Assembly (NCBI GenBank): GCA_000004695.1
Contig: CM000154.2
Location: 1,536,001-1,600,000 of the forward strand
DNA length: 64,000 nucleotides
From: Dictyostelium discoideum
Lineage: Eukaryota
Direction of reading: 5' to 3'
Part shown: positions 52,568 through 63,422 of the stretch, one piece after another
Position numbering within the stretch: position 1 is the first letter of the stretch
Layout: each line of letters begins with the position of its first letter
Translations under genes and position numbers: made by a program
The notes under the pieces: generated by a model
The model's input: only the letters and a program-made list of their open reading frames with translations
Told to the model about the DNA's origin: nothing
Database searches by the model: none

Positions 52568-52756
52568 TTTAATATCCTTTCTTTTATAAAAAATGAATAA
52601 TAAATAAAAATTATTGTTTTTTATTTTTTTTTTAAACTAAATCATTTTTAAAAGTTTTTTTCCAAACATTATCACCAACATTGTATAATGGAACCAGGGT
52701 TTGAGTTTATAATTGATTCCTCAAGAAAATCGAAATAATAATTATTTACCAGATTA

Positions 52757-52757
52757 T

Positions 52758-52797
<40 letters not shown>

Positions 52798-55700
52798 TAA
52801 TAAATCTTTGTACTTTAATGGAGATAGATAATTATTAATAAGTTTATTTATGGATTTTTAAGTTTTTTTTTTTTTAAATACCAGTAAAGTTAAATAAATC
52901 GATTTTTGATTATTTAAAAGAAGATGGTATTTTTTTTTTTTTTTTTTTTTTTAATATTGGATTAACAAGATTGATATATGTCCATCTGTGTTAATACGAG
53001 TTTTTATTTAATATTTATTTATAGGCTTATCATTTAAGCTGAAGGGTTATTTTAATCATATGAATTGATCAAAAGATATAATATTTGGGAGAGATGATTC
53101 TGGAATACAATAGTAATTAGCTGTTGTTTTTCTTAGCTTAATCGTTGAGGTGAGAAGGATCTTAGGATCTTTGAAATTATTATGGTCTTTTGCTGATAAG
53201 TTTTTCAGATCTTTTGCTTTTTTGATGTATTCTAGAGTGGCCAATTTGTGCCATTTCTTTAGAAGGGAGCTGTATGATAATGATTCATTTGTTAAAGGAT
53301 CTTCACTGTATATTTGATTGCAAATCCAAATCCAAATGTTGTGGAGGATAAGGGCCATTAGGTTTCTATATGCGAATGATCTGGTTAGATCATAGTCTAT
53401 TGCTTTATAGTTCCATTCAAAGTATTCTTTGTGGAATCTGTGGTTGGCGTAATCTGCATTCACTTCTTGATCTTTTTTGGCTGTCGGTGATAATTTTGGA
53501 GTTATTCTATTAATGAAATTGTTATTTTGCCTAATTCTTGTATGATGCCAGTTTTTACCTTTGCCTGTGGTAATATAGATGAAATTTTTGAGTTTATTTA
53601 TTTTTATGAATTGTTTTGTTTTCTTGCATGAGAAGAACAGGTGACCGTATGGGTCTTTGCTCATATCTTCTTTGCAGAGTGGGCATTGTTTGTTGTGAAG
53701 GTAGTTTATTGGAAGGCATCTGGCATGGAATCTAAACATTGTGTCTCTTGTTTTAGGGTCTTTTATCTTCAGTATGTTGTTGAAGAGTTGATTATAGCTG
53801 TAGCCTCTTAAGTTTAGAGATGATTGGAATTCCGTTTTAGGGATGGTTGGATTTTGGTCTTGAATTGTGGTATACCATTCTGCCAGTGAAAGTGGTTGTC
53901 CATTTTCGTTTTTTATGGATGTGAGATTATTGTTGAAGATTGCTTTTTTGATTCTTATTTTGTTCCATTCGTCTAAGTTTTCTTTTAGGTATCTGGATGT
54001 GAATTTGTTTTTTTGGATTTGATATTCCCAGCTTTTGTGATGAGATGAGTTTGTTTGTTTGGTTTCTAGTGCTAGGATGAATTGGTTTATGATCCAAAGT
54101 TTCTGCGCCAGTTGTCTCAATTCTATATTCCAAATGTTCCAGCCCCCTACTTTTAGTGGGTATCTTGCTCTTTTGGTTCTCATTAAATTAATAACTTGAA
54201 ATCCACTAGCATTTTTGTTGTTTGGTGCCGATAAAAACCATTCGACTAATTTATTGATTTGGTTTAATTCCTCTTCCTTAAAGTTCTCTACATATGAATA
54301 GTAGGTTAATTTAGAGAGTGCGAATGCTTTGAGGATGTTGGTTTTGGTTTTGATTGTTGAGTCAGTGGTTTTCCATAGTACTAAGGATGATCTTATTGTG
54401 TTTAATATTTCTGGCATTTTTCTTGTTATCCCTTTGCCTGTGAAGAAGTATCCCAAGTATCTTTCTGGATTTGTAGATATTGGAATTCTTTGGTTGGTAT
54501 TGTCTGGGTTGCCTATAAGAATTGATGAAGATTTGTCGATGTTTAGTTTTGAGGAAGTGGCTTTGCAAAATGAATTGAAGTGTTGTANNNNNNNNNNNNN
54601 NNNNNNNNNNNNNNNNNNNNNNNNNNNNNNNNNNNNNNNNNNNNNNNNNNNNNNNNNNNNNNNNNNNNNNNNNNNNNNNNNNNNNNNTGGTTGACTTCAT
54701 TGTTTGACTGGATTTCCTCGTTCTTGCGTTTATGTGATGGAGGGATGTTTAGTGTCTTCTCTCTGTTTTCCGAGGATGAATGGATGTTAGTGCTTGTTTT
54801 GTTGGCATTGTCTTTTTGGATGGCGTTGGATGTTGTGGTAGTGGTTGTGGTGGGTTTGACAGATTGAGATTCTGCTGGGTTTTTGGGGGGAAGAGGTTGA
54901 GATGACTTTTTTGCTTGGGCTTTTTTCTCTTGTGTTGATTGTTTATCAGACTGATTGTTTGCTGGGTTGTTTGTTTGTTGTTGTGGTTTTGGTTGAGAGG
55001 ATTTGATTGCTATCCTGTTTTGGGTGTTAGGAGGATCTGTCATCTCATCTTCTAATGGTTCCTCCGTGTTGTTTGTCTCTACTTTCTTGTTTTTCTTTTG
55101 TGAGGAGTAGGTTTTGGTGGCCGTTCTGATGGTAAAGTTTGCGATTTCTGTAATGTGTTGGCCAGATTTCATTTGATCGCCTATTTTGCATTCTATTAGA
55201 CCGAATACTATGAGGTGGTCGGTGGAGTATATAGTATTGTATATTGCATAGGGTATTTCTTCTGCAAAGGCAGTTTTGATGAGGGCGTCCACTATTCCTG
55301 CCTTTTCTCTGGGAATTCTTACTCTTCCTGTGAGGACGTGGAAGTCTCTACTGGAGGTGATGAAGGTTCCCAATTTGCTTCTATCTCTAATGATATTTAG
55401 GAGAGATTGTTCGTTTTTAATCATCAGGTGGATCATTTTTCTAGTTCCTTTGCCTATGTATATCTTGTCGATTGGGATATCGTAGTTTGAGAGTGTTTTT
55501 CTCATTTCTTCTAACCCCTTGAGATCCATTTTGGGGAATTCGAGTGTAATTGGGTAGAATCCGTTGTTCTTCTCGTAGGTTGAGAGCGCAGTCATGTTCA
55601 ATATGGTCTCGCAGTATTTGGAGATGTCTTTGAGGCCTATTGATAGTTTGGGGTAGGTCTCCTTTATCTCTGCTGTTTTTGTGGAGAATTCCTTAATGAA

Positions 55701-55990
55701 GTTCTCCGATGCCTCGTCCATATGGGTGGAGGGGTTGGCCATTTTAGCCGCGTCTGCGTAGGAATTCATCTCGATGGGATTCCTTTGAATCGGCGATTTG
55801 GTAAGTTAGATCTGTAGATCGTGGTGGATTGGTGATTTTTTTTGAAAGATTGGTTAAAATTGACCGAGATTAAGGATAGAAAAGGATGAATTACTTTTCA
55901 CGTGTATCTTGTATCCTCTTGATCGCGGTACGGGTTTTTTAAGATGGTATTGATCTATATCAAATAGTCTTCTGATTGTTTGTAATATGG
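52757..55990 (-). mobile_element. TRE-type (tRNA gene-targeted) non-LTR retrotransposon, orientation minus. Placement ~90-150 bp downstream of a tRNA gene is consistent with the TRE3 class. An assembly gap interrupts it internally.
   Basis: ORF1 (54688..55769, gag-like, MNSYADAAKMANPSTHMDEASENF...) is followed by the C-terminal part of ORF2 (53056..54587), which ends in a CCHC-type zinc knuckle (CPLCKEDMSKDPYGHLFFSCKK). The RT core is missing behind the N gap. The 5' UTR (55770..~55990) is GC-richer than the genome. Plus-strand poly(T) runs at 52757..52792 and 52925..52950 would be oligo(A) on the element strand. The boundaries are approximate. Confidence 0.65.
54588..54687. other. Assembly gap: exactly 100 N inside the retrotransposon, between ORF1 and the ORF2 C-terminal fragment
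   Basis: A run of n characters. A 100-N placeholder implies unknown true length, so the missing APE/RT domains of ORF2 probably lie here. Confidence 0.95.
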
Positions 55991-56073
55991 TGAAATAATA
56001 AACAAAATTTGGTTACGCAGTTGTTTTAATAAGGAATCGATCATGTATACTTAGGTATGGTCCTATAAAATTT

Positions 56074-56146
56074 CGCCTAGACATGGGATCGAACCATGGA
56101 CCTAGCGGTTAACAGCCGCTCGCTCTGCCTACTGAGCCATCCAGGC
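56074..56146 (-). tRNA. tRNA-Asn (anticodon GUU), 73 nt, no intron
   Basis: Minus-strand sequence GCCTGGATGGCTCAGTAGGCAGAGCGAGCGGCTGTTAACCGCTAGGTCCATGGTTCGATCCCATGTCTAGGCG. Acceptor stem GCCTGGA/TCTAGGC (one G-U). D stem GCTC/GAGC. Anticodon stem AGCGG/CCGCT with loop CTGTTAA. T arm CATGG-TTCGATC-CCATG. Discriminator G. TTTT terminator 3 nt downstream. Confidence 0.9.
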
Positions 56147-56236
56147 ATTTTTATATTTTTTTATAAATTTAGCTCCTTCTGATTTTTGATAAAGAAATAA
56201 TAATAATAATAATAATAAAAAAATAAGAATAACAAG

Positions 56237-56278
<42 letters not shown>

Positions 56279-56349
56279 ATAAATAAACTCTCCTAGAACA
56301 CACTCAAATTGAGTGATGTTATTAAAAAAAAAATTTTTGATAAAGAAAT

Positions 56350-56427
56350 GTATACGGCCATACTAGGTTGGAAACACATCATCCCGTTCGATCTGATAAT
56401 TAAATCGACCTCAGGCCTTCCAAGTCC
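56350..56427 (+). pseudogene. 5' two-thirds of a 5S rRNA (retro-fragment), bracketed by direct repeats AAAATTTTTGATAAAGAAA
   Basis: GTATACGGCCATACTAGGTTGGAAACACATCATCCCGTTCGATCTGATAATTAAATCGACCTCAGGCCTTCCAAGTCC has the 5S helix I-III signature (GGCCATAC...CCCGTTCGATCTGA...) but stops at ~78 nt. The flanking motif TTTTTGATAAAGAAA occurs at 56184, 56333 and 56441. Confidence 0.55.
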
Positions 56428-56474
56428 AATTCAAAAAAAATTTTTGATAAAGAAAATTTAATTTTTTTTTTTTT

Positions 56475-56668
56475 TTGATAAATTACCAAATAAGCTTTTT
56501 TTTTTTTCTTTCTTTATTTTAGCTCAAAGCAGATTTTTTATTTATAATGCCTTATCTATTTAAAAAAACATCTTTTATAAACCATCAAATAAGCTTTTTT
56601 ATATTCTTTTTTTATTTTAGCTCAAAGCCAATTTTTTATTTTGGTAATTTATTTCCATAATAATAAAC
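56475..56668. repeat. Two tandem copies of a ~95-bp repeat (CAAATAAGCTTTTTT...TTATTTTAGCTCAAAGC(A/C)NATTTTTTATTT)
   Basis: Copy 1 is about 56475..56570 and copy 2 about 56581..56668, with the shared core visible by eye. Probably a terminal or internal repeat of a decayed element. Confidence 0.5.
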
Positions 56669-56880
56669 ATTGCACAAATTAGCTAGAATTTAAAAAAGAG
56701 AAAATTAAAAACTAACTCTTGAACGGACCAGAGAAATTTTAAATATCCAAATGAATTCCTTAAACAAATAAATAAATTAAGAAAATTTGTTTGAAAAGTT
56801 TATTGTATTCCAGAATAAGTGTTTCCAAGCATAGTATCCTTCGAGCAATTTAATAATTACAACTTATTATTGAATTTGTT

Positions 56881-57047
56881 TATTCAGAGGGTATGTTGCC
56901 ATCATATAGAATAGTTCTGGATACTACTTCAATCACCATTACAAAGAGAGTAGGTGATAATGGATCTCCCTGTTTTACTCCTCTTTTTATAGTAAAGGGG
57001 GGTGTGGGTTTTCCATTGATTTTTATCCTGGTTTGAGTCTGTCAGTG
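56881..57047 (-). mobile_element. Remnant of a non-LTR retrotransposon reverse transcriptase, ~55 codons, truncated on both sides
   Basis: The minus strand translates TRIKINGKPTPPFTIKRGVKQGDPLSPTLFVMVIEVVSRTILYDGNIPSE*, the canonical LINE RT block (GVRQGDPLSPLLF). It is bounded by a stop upstream and a stop after ...PSE. Confidence 0.6.
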
Positions 57048-57365
57048 GTTTCATAATTAGGTTTGTTAGGTTGGTGAGAACTTTGATATGTTGAAGCGTT
57101 CTAAGTATTGATTTGGAAAGAGTTATTTATCTCTGATTTTTTTTTTTTTTTTAATATTATAAAATCAGTGTTTATCCATTAAAGGAAATAAACATTAAAT
57201 AATAGTTTTATTTATGAATTTTAATTTAAAAAATAAAGTGGTTATTCTTTTTTAATTTGAGTTATCAAAGAGTTTTAATTTTAAAATGAAGTGTAGTTAA
57301 AATTGGTTTTGTGAATTGTTCGATTGGGGTTAGATATAATTTCAGTTATTTTTTTTATTTTTTTT

Positions 57366-57613
57366 TATTTTAGTTTATGATAATGAAAAGAGAGAATGAA
57401 TGTATAGAAAATGGAGAAAAAAGAAATAATGTAAATTCATTTAATAGAATCATTAAGCTAACAGTAACTGATGGTATTGAATATAGTGAATTATTATTTT
57501 GGAAGATATTTAGAAATATAGTGACAATAAAATAATAATGTCAATTATTTCTTTTTTATTTCCAAGATATATTTTCGCAATTTTTTTATAATTTCTTTTT
57601 ATTTTTTAATTTT

Positions 57614-57650
<37 letters not shown>

Positions 57651-57790
57651 CATGTATTAATAATAATGACCAATCAGATTCAGCATCTCCTTCAATTACC
57701 ATTCAAGATATTGAAACATTTATAAAAATAACACCAAAAGAAAAATTAAAATCAACATTAGAAACCCAATAAATTCCAACTTTAATAATA
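57366..57790 (+). pseudogene. Truncated, internally deleted duplicate of the 5' part of the downstream gene (58285..60861)
   Basis: 57370..57555 is ~96% identical to 58270..58455 (MKRENECIENGEKRNNVNSFNRIIKLTVTDGIEYSELLFWKIFRNIV then a stop). 57658..57790 matches 59283..59412 (DQSDSASPSITIQDIETFIKITPKEKLKSTL). About 830 bp between the two blocks is missing in the copy. Confidence 0.65.
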
Positions 57791-57975
57791 ATTATCATTA
57801 TTAATAAGTTATAAAAAAAAAAAAAGGCGCTCTTTTGAATAATCAAAAAATGAAATGAATTATTATTATTATTATTATTATTAATAAGTTATAAAAAAAA
57901 ACAATGGGAGAGGGGTGATTTTTACTTTTTTTTGTTTATTTAATTATTTAATTATTTAATTATTTATCTATTAAT

Positions 57976-58134
57976 TTGCATCCATATTAATTTCAGCAGT
58001 CATATTAATTTCAGCAGCCATATTAATTTGCAACCATATTAATTTCAGCAGGCTAAAATAAATATGACTATTAAGTTGCAGCCATATTAATTTCAGCAGC
58101 CATATTAATTTGTAACCATATTAATTTTGGCATG
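57976..58134. repeat. Minisatellite of ~8 tandem units of a 16-18-bp motif CCATATTAATTT(C/G)(A/C)A(G/A)C(A/C)
   Basis: Units such as CATATTAATTTCAGCAG(T/C), CATATTAATTTGCAAC and CATATTAATTTGTAAC are directly visible. The array lies between the pseudogene copy and the intact gene start. Confidence 0.75.
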
Positions 58135-58284
58135 GGACATTCAGTGCGAAAAAAAAAAATAAAAAAAAAAATAAAAAAATGAATAAAAAAATAAATAAAA
58201 AAATAAAAAAATAAAAAAATAAAATAAAAAATAGTATATTGCAACGTAATAAACTATTTTTTTTATTTATTTTAGTTTATAATA

Positions 58285-59059
58285 ATGAAAAGAGAGAATG
58301 AATGTAAAGAAAATGGGGAAAAAAGAAATAATGTAAATTCATTTAATAAAATCATTAAGCTAACAGTAACTGATGGTATTGAATATAGTGAATTATTATT
58401 TTGGAAGATATTTAGAAATATAGTGATCAATAAAATAATAATGTCATTCATGGATAAACGATTTACACCAAAATATAAAACAATTTCAGATGGAGCTGAA
58501 ATGATTCGAAATAATCAATTCAGTCTATTAAAAGATAAAATTAAAATAAATTGCAGATATTTACATTTTTATGACAAAAAAGGTTGTGAGATTGAAATTT
58601 TAAATAAATTATTCAAAACAATCATTAGCGATAATGAATTTTACAGAAAATTCTTTAGAAATCACCTTTTTGAATTTACTAATAGAAAAGTAATCATTTC
58701 ATTAATTACATCAAAGAATTTACAAGTATATCAAATATTTATAGAAGAGTTTAATCATATACCAACTGTTTATGATCTAAAAATAGCAATTTCAGTTGGT
58801 GCTAACAAATTCATTAGATATCTATTAGAACAATCACAACTAGAACAATCAAAATTTAAAATAAACATATCAAAAGATGATTTAGATAATTATAATTCAA
58901 TTGATACAATAGTTGCTCCAAATAAAGTTATTTCAAATTTAAGAAAAATTATTTTAAAAAATTCTTCTAAATTTTTTTTTCCATTTAAATTATTAAATTT
59001 AAAGAGAGATATGTTTAAAGGATTACTATGCTATTTTAATTGTTATCAAAGTTTAAGAG

Positions 59060-59155
<96 letters not shown>

Positions 59156-59770
59156 TTCAAGAACTAACGATTGATACTCTTTTGAGTATTCATTCGAATA
59201 GAGAAAATGAGTTGATAATAAAATCAACATCAACAATAAAATCACTAATTAGAGTTTGTATATTAATATTAAAATTAAAAGCAATGACGAAAACAAACGA
59301 CCAATCAGATTCAGCATCTCCTTCAATTACCATTCAAGATATTGAAACATTTATAAAAATAACACCAAAAGAAAAATTAAAATCAACATTAGGAAACCCA
59401 ATAAATTTCAACTTTAATAATAATGTCAAGTATGATGATGATGGTGATGATGAACAACGTTTTTCTAAATTAATAACATACCAAATTAAAGAATATAATA
59501 GTAATAGAAATAGAATACCACGGAAAGTATTCTATAAATCAAAAAGTGGTCAAATGGTTCAATTAATTTGTAAACATTGTGGAGATTCAAGCTTTACAAC
59601 ATTTTGTTCTTTTTTACTTCATTATCGATACGATCATTCTCGTATGGATTTTCCACAGTTTGAAGACGCCGAAGAAGTTAGTATTAATCCCGGTGGCGAG
59701 CTTGAAATATTATTATATACACCCGATTTAGACAGTAGTTTTTTCAAAAGATTTAATAAACAATCAGAAG

Positions 59771-59863
<93 letters not shown>

Positions 59864-60861
59864 GTTGTAGGTCTAATGATGATGATGATGAACATAAAAC
59901 CTTTATAAAGAAATTATTGGATGAATATTATTCAATATTTTGTAAAGATAGATCAGCCATTATATATTATTATTATTACGATGGATTTAATAATATCAAT
60001 TTAGAAAATAAAAGTTTATACAGTGTAGATTTAAAAGAATATTATGAATCATTTAGATTTGGAATTCCAACATTTGACTTGGTTGGTCATTTTCTTTATG
60101 ACCACCTTAATTTTATATCATTGATAGATATCATGAGATATCCAGATAAAAAGTCAATTTATATTTTATTCTCAAATTGTACAGATAGATTAAAAAAGAT
60201 TCAGTTTATAGATAAAACCATTCAATCAATAAAATCAAATGGTTTACGAAATGTTGAAAACCAATTAACGAATTTCTTTTATATGGTTGTCATGCACGAC
60301 GATTTAGAATTAATAAAGTATTTTTTCAAACAAATAAATGGTTATCAATTACATTTGGGTGGTGGGGGTGGAGATTTACATTACTTATATATGTTTAACC
60401 CAACAATTTATATTGGTTCGGTAGATGTTTTAAATTATTTATTTGAAAATCATAGAGAATATTTTATTGATGATAATTATAACTATTATTCCTATTTCAA
60501 GAATTTAAAATTATTAAAACACTTTGAAGCATTAACACTCAAAGTTCCATCAACATTAAGAATTTGTGAATACTTGGACCACTATACCAGAGGTGATAAT
60601 TTTCAAAATTATATATCACATATCATCAGAAACCGTTTGTATTTGAGTATTGATTTGATTGAATCAATTTTTTGTTTCTCTCCAAAGAATACATTATTCT
60701 CAACCAATTCTCTTCAATCTACAACTATTAATTTTAAAACATACAAACTATTAGCAAACATCTTTTTTTCACAAAAAAAACGCAGAACAATAAAAATTTG
60801 GCCATCACTTTACCAAAGATTTTTTAAACTTTTTAGATTGGATGTTTACAAATCATTTTAA
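58285..60861 (+). CDS. Hypothetical protein with ankyrin-like helical repeats, two long polyN tracts and one C2H2-type zinc finger (CKHCGDSSFTTFCSFLLHYRYDHS)
   Basis: 858-aa ORF. The repeat-like blocks YLHFYDKKGCEIEILNKLF / LKIAISVGANKFIRYLLEQ resemble degenerate ankyrin repeats. CxxC-x12-H-x4-H finger spacing. (AAT)n-coded polyN. Confidence 0.5.
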
Positions 60862-61321
60862 TAAAATGAAAAAAGGAGCAAGGTTTTTTAATTCGGATAA
60901 ACAGTTACAACTATTTCTTTTTCTAACTAACAGATTAAACATTGGTGACATTATTGATTTCGATGAACTTAGATTCATTGTTAATGATATTGAATTTTCA
61001 CCTAATATTCACCATTTGTTAGATTTGATGTTAAAAAATGTTAAAAATAATGAAATCTTTTTAAGGGTTCTAGAAATTGCTATTGTTAATTCAAGATTAC
61101 ATATTTTAGAATTTGTTAATGAAAACAGTGGCAACCTTTTAAAAGAAATAAAGAATCTTGGCGAACGATTTGATGTTTTTCTATATCGCGTATTTGAAGG
61201 TGATAATGTAAGGGTATCAGAATTTCTACTTCAATTTATCAACCAAGTAGATTCAGAAAAATTATTTGGTCCAAAATCATTATTATATATTTCAAATAAA
61301 TTAAAATCTTTAAATAAATAA
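60842..61321 (+). CDS. 159-aa ORF in the +1 frame overlapping the last 20 nt of the previous ORF. It carries the same ankyrin-like repeat style, so it is likely a frameshifted C-terminal continuation of the 58285 gene.
   Basis: Codon usage is real (ggc, cgc, ttc, ctt). Blocks such as LEIAIVNSRLHILEFV / HHLLDLMLKNVKNNEIFLRVL match the repeat style upstream. The upstream stop (60859..60861) sits 6 nt before the in-frame ATG at 60867. Confidence 0.4.
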   Translation: MFTNHFNKMKKGARFFNSDKQLQLFLFLTNRLNIGDIIDFDELRFIVNDIEFSPNIHHLLDLMLKNVKNNEIFLRVLEIAIVNSRLHILEFVNENSGNLLKEIKNLGERFDVFLYRVFEGDNVRVSEFLLQFINQVDSEKLFGPKSLLYISNKLKSLNK

Positions 61322-62389
61322 ATAAATAAAAAAATTTAAAATAAAAATATTAACTGGGTTTAGAAAAAAAATAATTAAAAAATATATTATTAAGCAATTT
61401 CAAGTTGATCTGTGTAATCATTGATGCAGAATGGTCTGCAAAACTTTGGAACTTTTATCTTTGATCACTATCATTTAGTTTAAATGGATAAACACTGATT
61501 AAACAATATTAAAAAAAAAAAAAAATAACCATTCTCAAAAAAAAAAAAAAAAAGTGGTTAATTATTATTTTTTTTTTTTTTAATTTTGAAATTTTTTTAT
61601 TTGTTTTCAATATATTTTTTTTTTACTTCAAAACATAAAAATTCTCTTTAAAAATGGAAAGTAGTATTTCTAAAAAAAAAATTAAAGTTTTTGATGTAAG
61701 TAATCAGATTTTAAAAAAAAAAAAAAAAATATTAAGATTTCAAGATTCTAAGTGTAAAAAAAAAAAAAAAAAAAATAGTCTTATCATTTACATTCTAGAA
61801 CTGGTCAGAGATTTGTTTTTGCTACATTTTTTATTTTTATCTTTGATTATTTTAAAAAATAATCGAAATCATGTTTAAAAAAAAAAATCAAAAGTTAAAA
61901 AAAAAAAAATAAGAAAAAAAGGAAATAAAAGTAGTCCAAAATAAAAGAAATATTAAAAAAAAAAAAAAAAAAATAACAAATCAAATTTTAAACGAGATTT
62001 TTTAAATCATAAGGAAAATATTTTAAAATAAACATGATAGAATAAAAAACATATTTTTAAGACAGGGGATAGGTATCGAGCTACAATTATCTCTTTTATA
62101 TCTCTTTCACCCACTTTTTTTTTTTTTTTTTTTTGTTTTTTTTTTTATATTATTTTTTTTTTTTTTTTTTTTTTTTAATGAACCAGTTATTATAATATAC
62201 ACTTTTTATAAATAACTTTTATTAAAAAGAGTAATTTAATTATTTTTTAAATTTTATTTAATTTTTTTTTTTTTTTTGGATAAAATAAAAAAAAAAAAAT
62301 AAAAATTGACAATATAAAAAAGAATTTTTTTTTTTTTTACAATTATTTGTATTTAATAATAATTAAAATAAAAAAACAAAAAATTAGAA

Positions 62390-62713
62390 ATGGCAACAAT
62401 AAAAACAAATGAAACTGATAATAGATGGAATTTTTTAGATAACCAAATAAAAGAATATTTAAAAGAAAAACAAGAAAAAGTAAAACAAATTGGAAATTCA
62501 TGGGAATTTGTTGAACAAATTTATCCTCATTACAATAAAATTGATAATATTAATTATAAAAGAATCGATTTTATTAGAGATATTAAACCAATTTTTATGG
62601 TATGTAAATATTTTTTATTTTTTATTTTTTTTTTTTTTGATGTAAATATTAATATTTTTTATACTAAATTAAAGGAATTTTGCTATAAACATAAAATTAA
62701 TCCGGAAATATAA
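62390..62713 (+). CDS. Small hypothetical 2-exon protein, join(62390..62599,62675..62713), about 82 aa
   Basis: Exon 1 ends ...DIKPIFM with ATG|GTATGT. The 75-nt AT-rich intron ends TTAAAG at 62674. Exon 2 reads EFCYKHKINPEI*. The track ORF reads through the intron only because its length is a multiple of 3. Confidence 0.4.
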   Translation: MATIKTNETDNRWNFLDNQIKEYLKEKQEKVKQIGNSWEFVEQIYPHYNKIDNINYKRIDFIRDIKPIFMVCKYFLFFIFFFFDVNINIFYTKLKEFCYKHKINPEI

Positions 62714-63422
62714 TAATTTTCCTGAATTGAAATATAATAAAAAAAAAATAATAAAAAAAAAATAAACAAATATGACATCTTTTTTTTTTTTTTAAAAAAA
62801 AATCATTCTTTTTAATGAACTATTTGTTTCAATTAATATATGATATAGAACTATTAAATAATTCTCAAATCTAAGGTAATTTTTTTTTTTTTTTTATTTT
62901 TTTTTTTTATTTTTTTTTTAGTTTAAACAAAAATATCAATTTAATAGATCCTTTTCAAATAAAAAATAACATTGAGTATTAATTTTAATTTTAATTTTTT
63001 TTTTTTATTAAATTTTATTTTTTTTTTTTTTTTTTTTTTAGAACTATGATATGAAGTCTGGATATTTTTTTTTTTATATTTTTTTTTATTTTTTTTTTTT
63101 TTTTAAAACAATTTTTTTTTTAAAAATTAATTTTTTTAAAATACTAAAAAGGAAATTTTGTTTATTTATAGAAATTTTTAAGGAATCTAAAGTAAAAAAT
63201 CTTTTGTTGTTTTTTTTATTTTTTTATTTTTTTTTTTTTTTTATTTTTTTTTTTTGGAAATTGGTTTAAAAAAAAAAAATCCAAGTATTTTAAAATCATT
63301 AAAATAATTATCATTTTAATAAAAACCAACAAATAAATATTCTATAGAATAATTAATTAATAATTAAAATTAAAAAAAAAAAAAAAAAAATATTAAATAA
63401 TAATAAAAAAAAAAAAAAAAAA

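Noticed and set aside
54329-54867. ORFs 54329..54694, 54362..54700 and 54580..54867, which contain runs of X
   Set aside because: They span the 100-N assembly gap; the X residues are translated N characters, not sequence.
57976-58134. Possible CRISPR-like array (regular 16-18-bp direct repeats)
   Set aside because: The units are directly adjacent with no unique spacers, sit in a eukaryotic intergenic region and are variable in sequence. This is a minisatellite.
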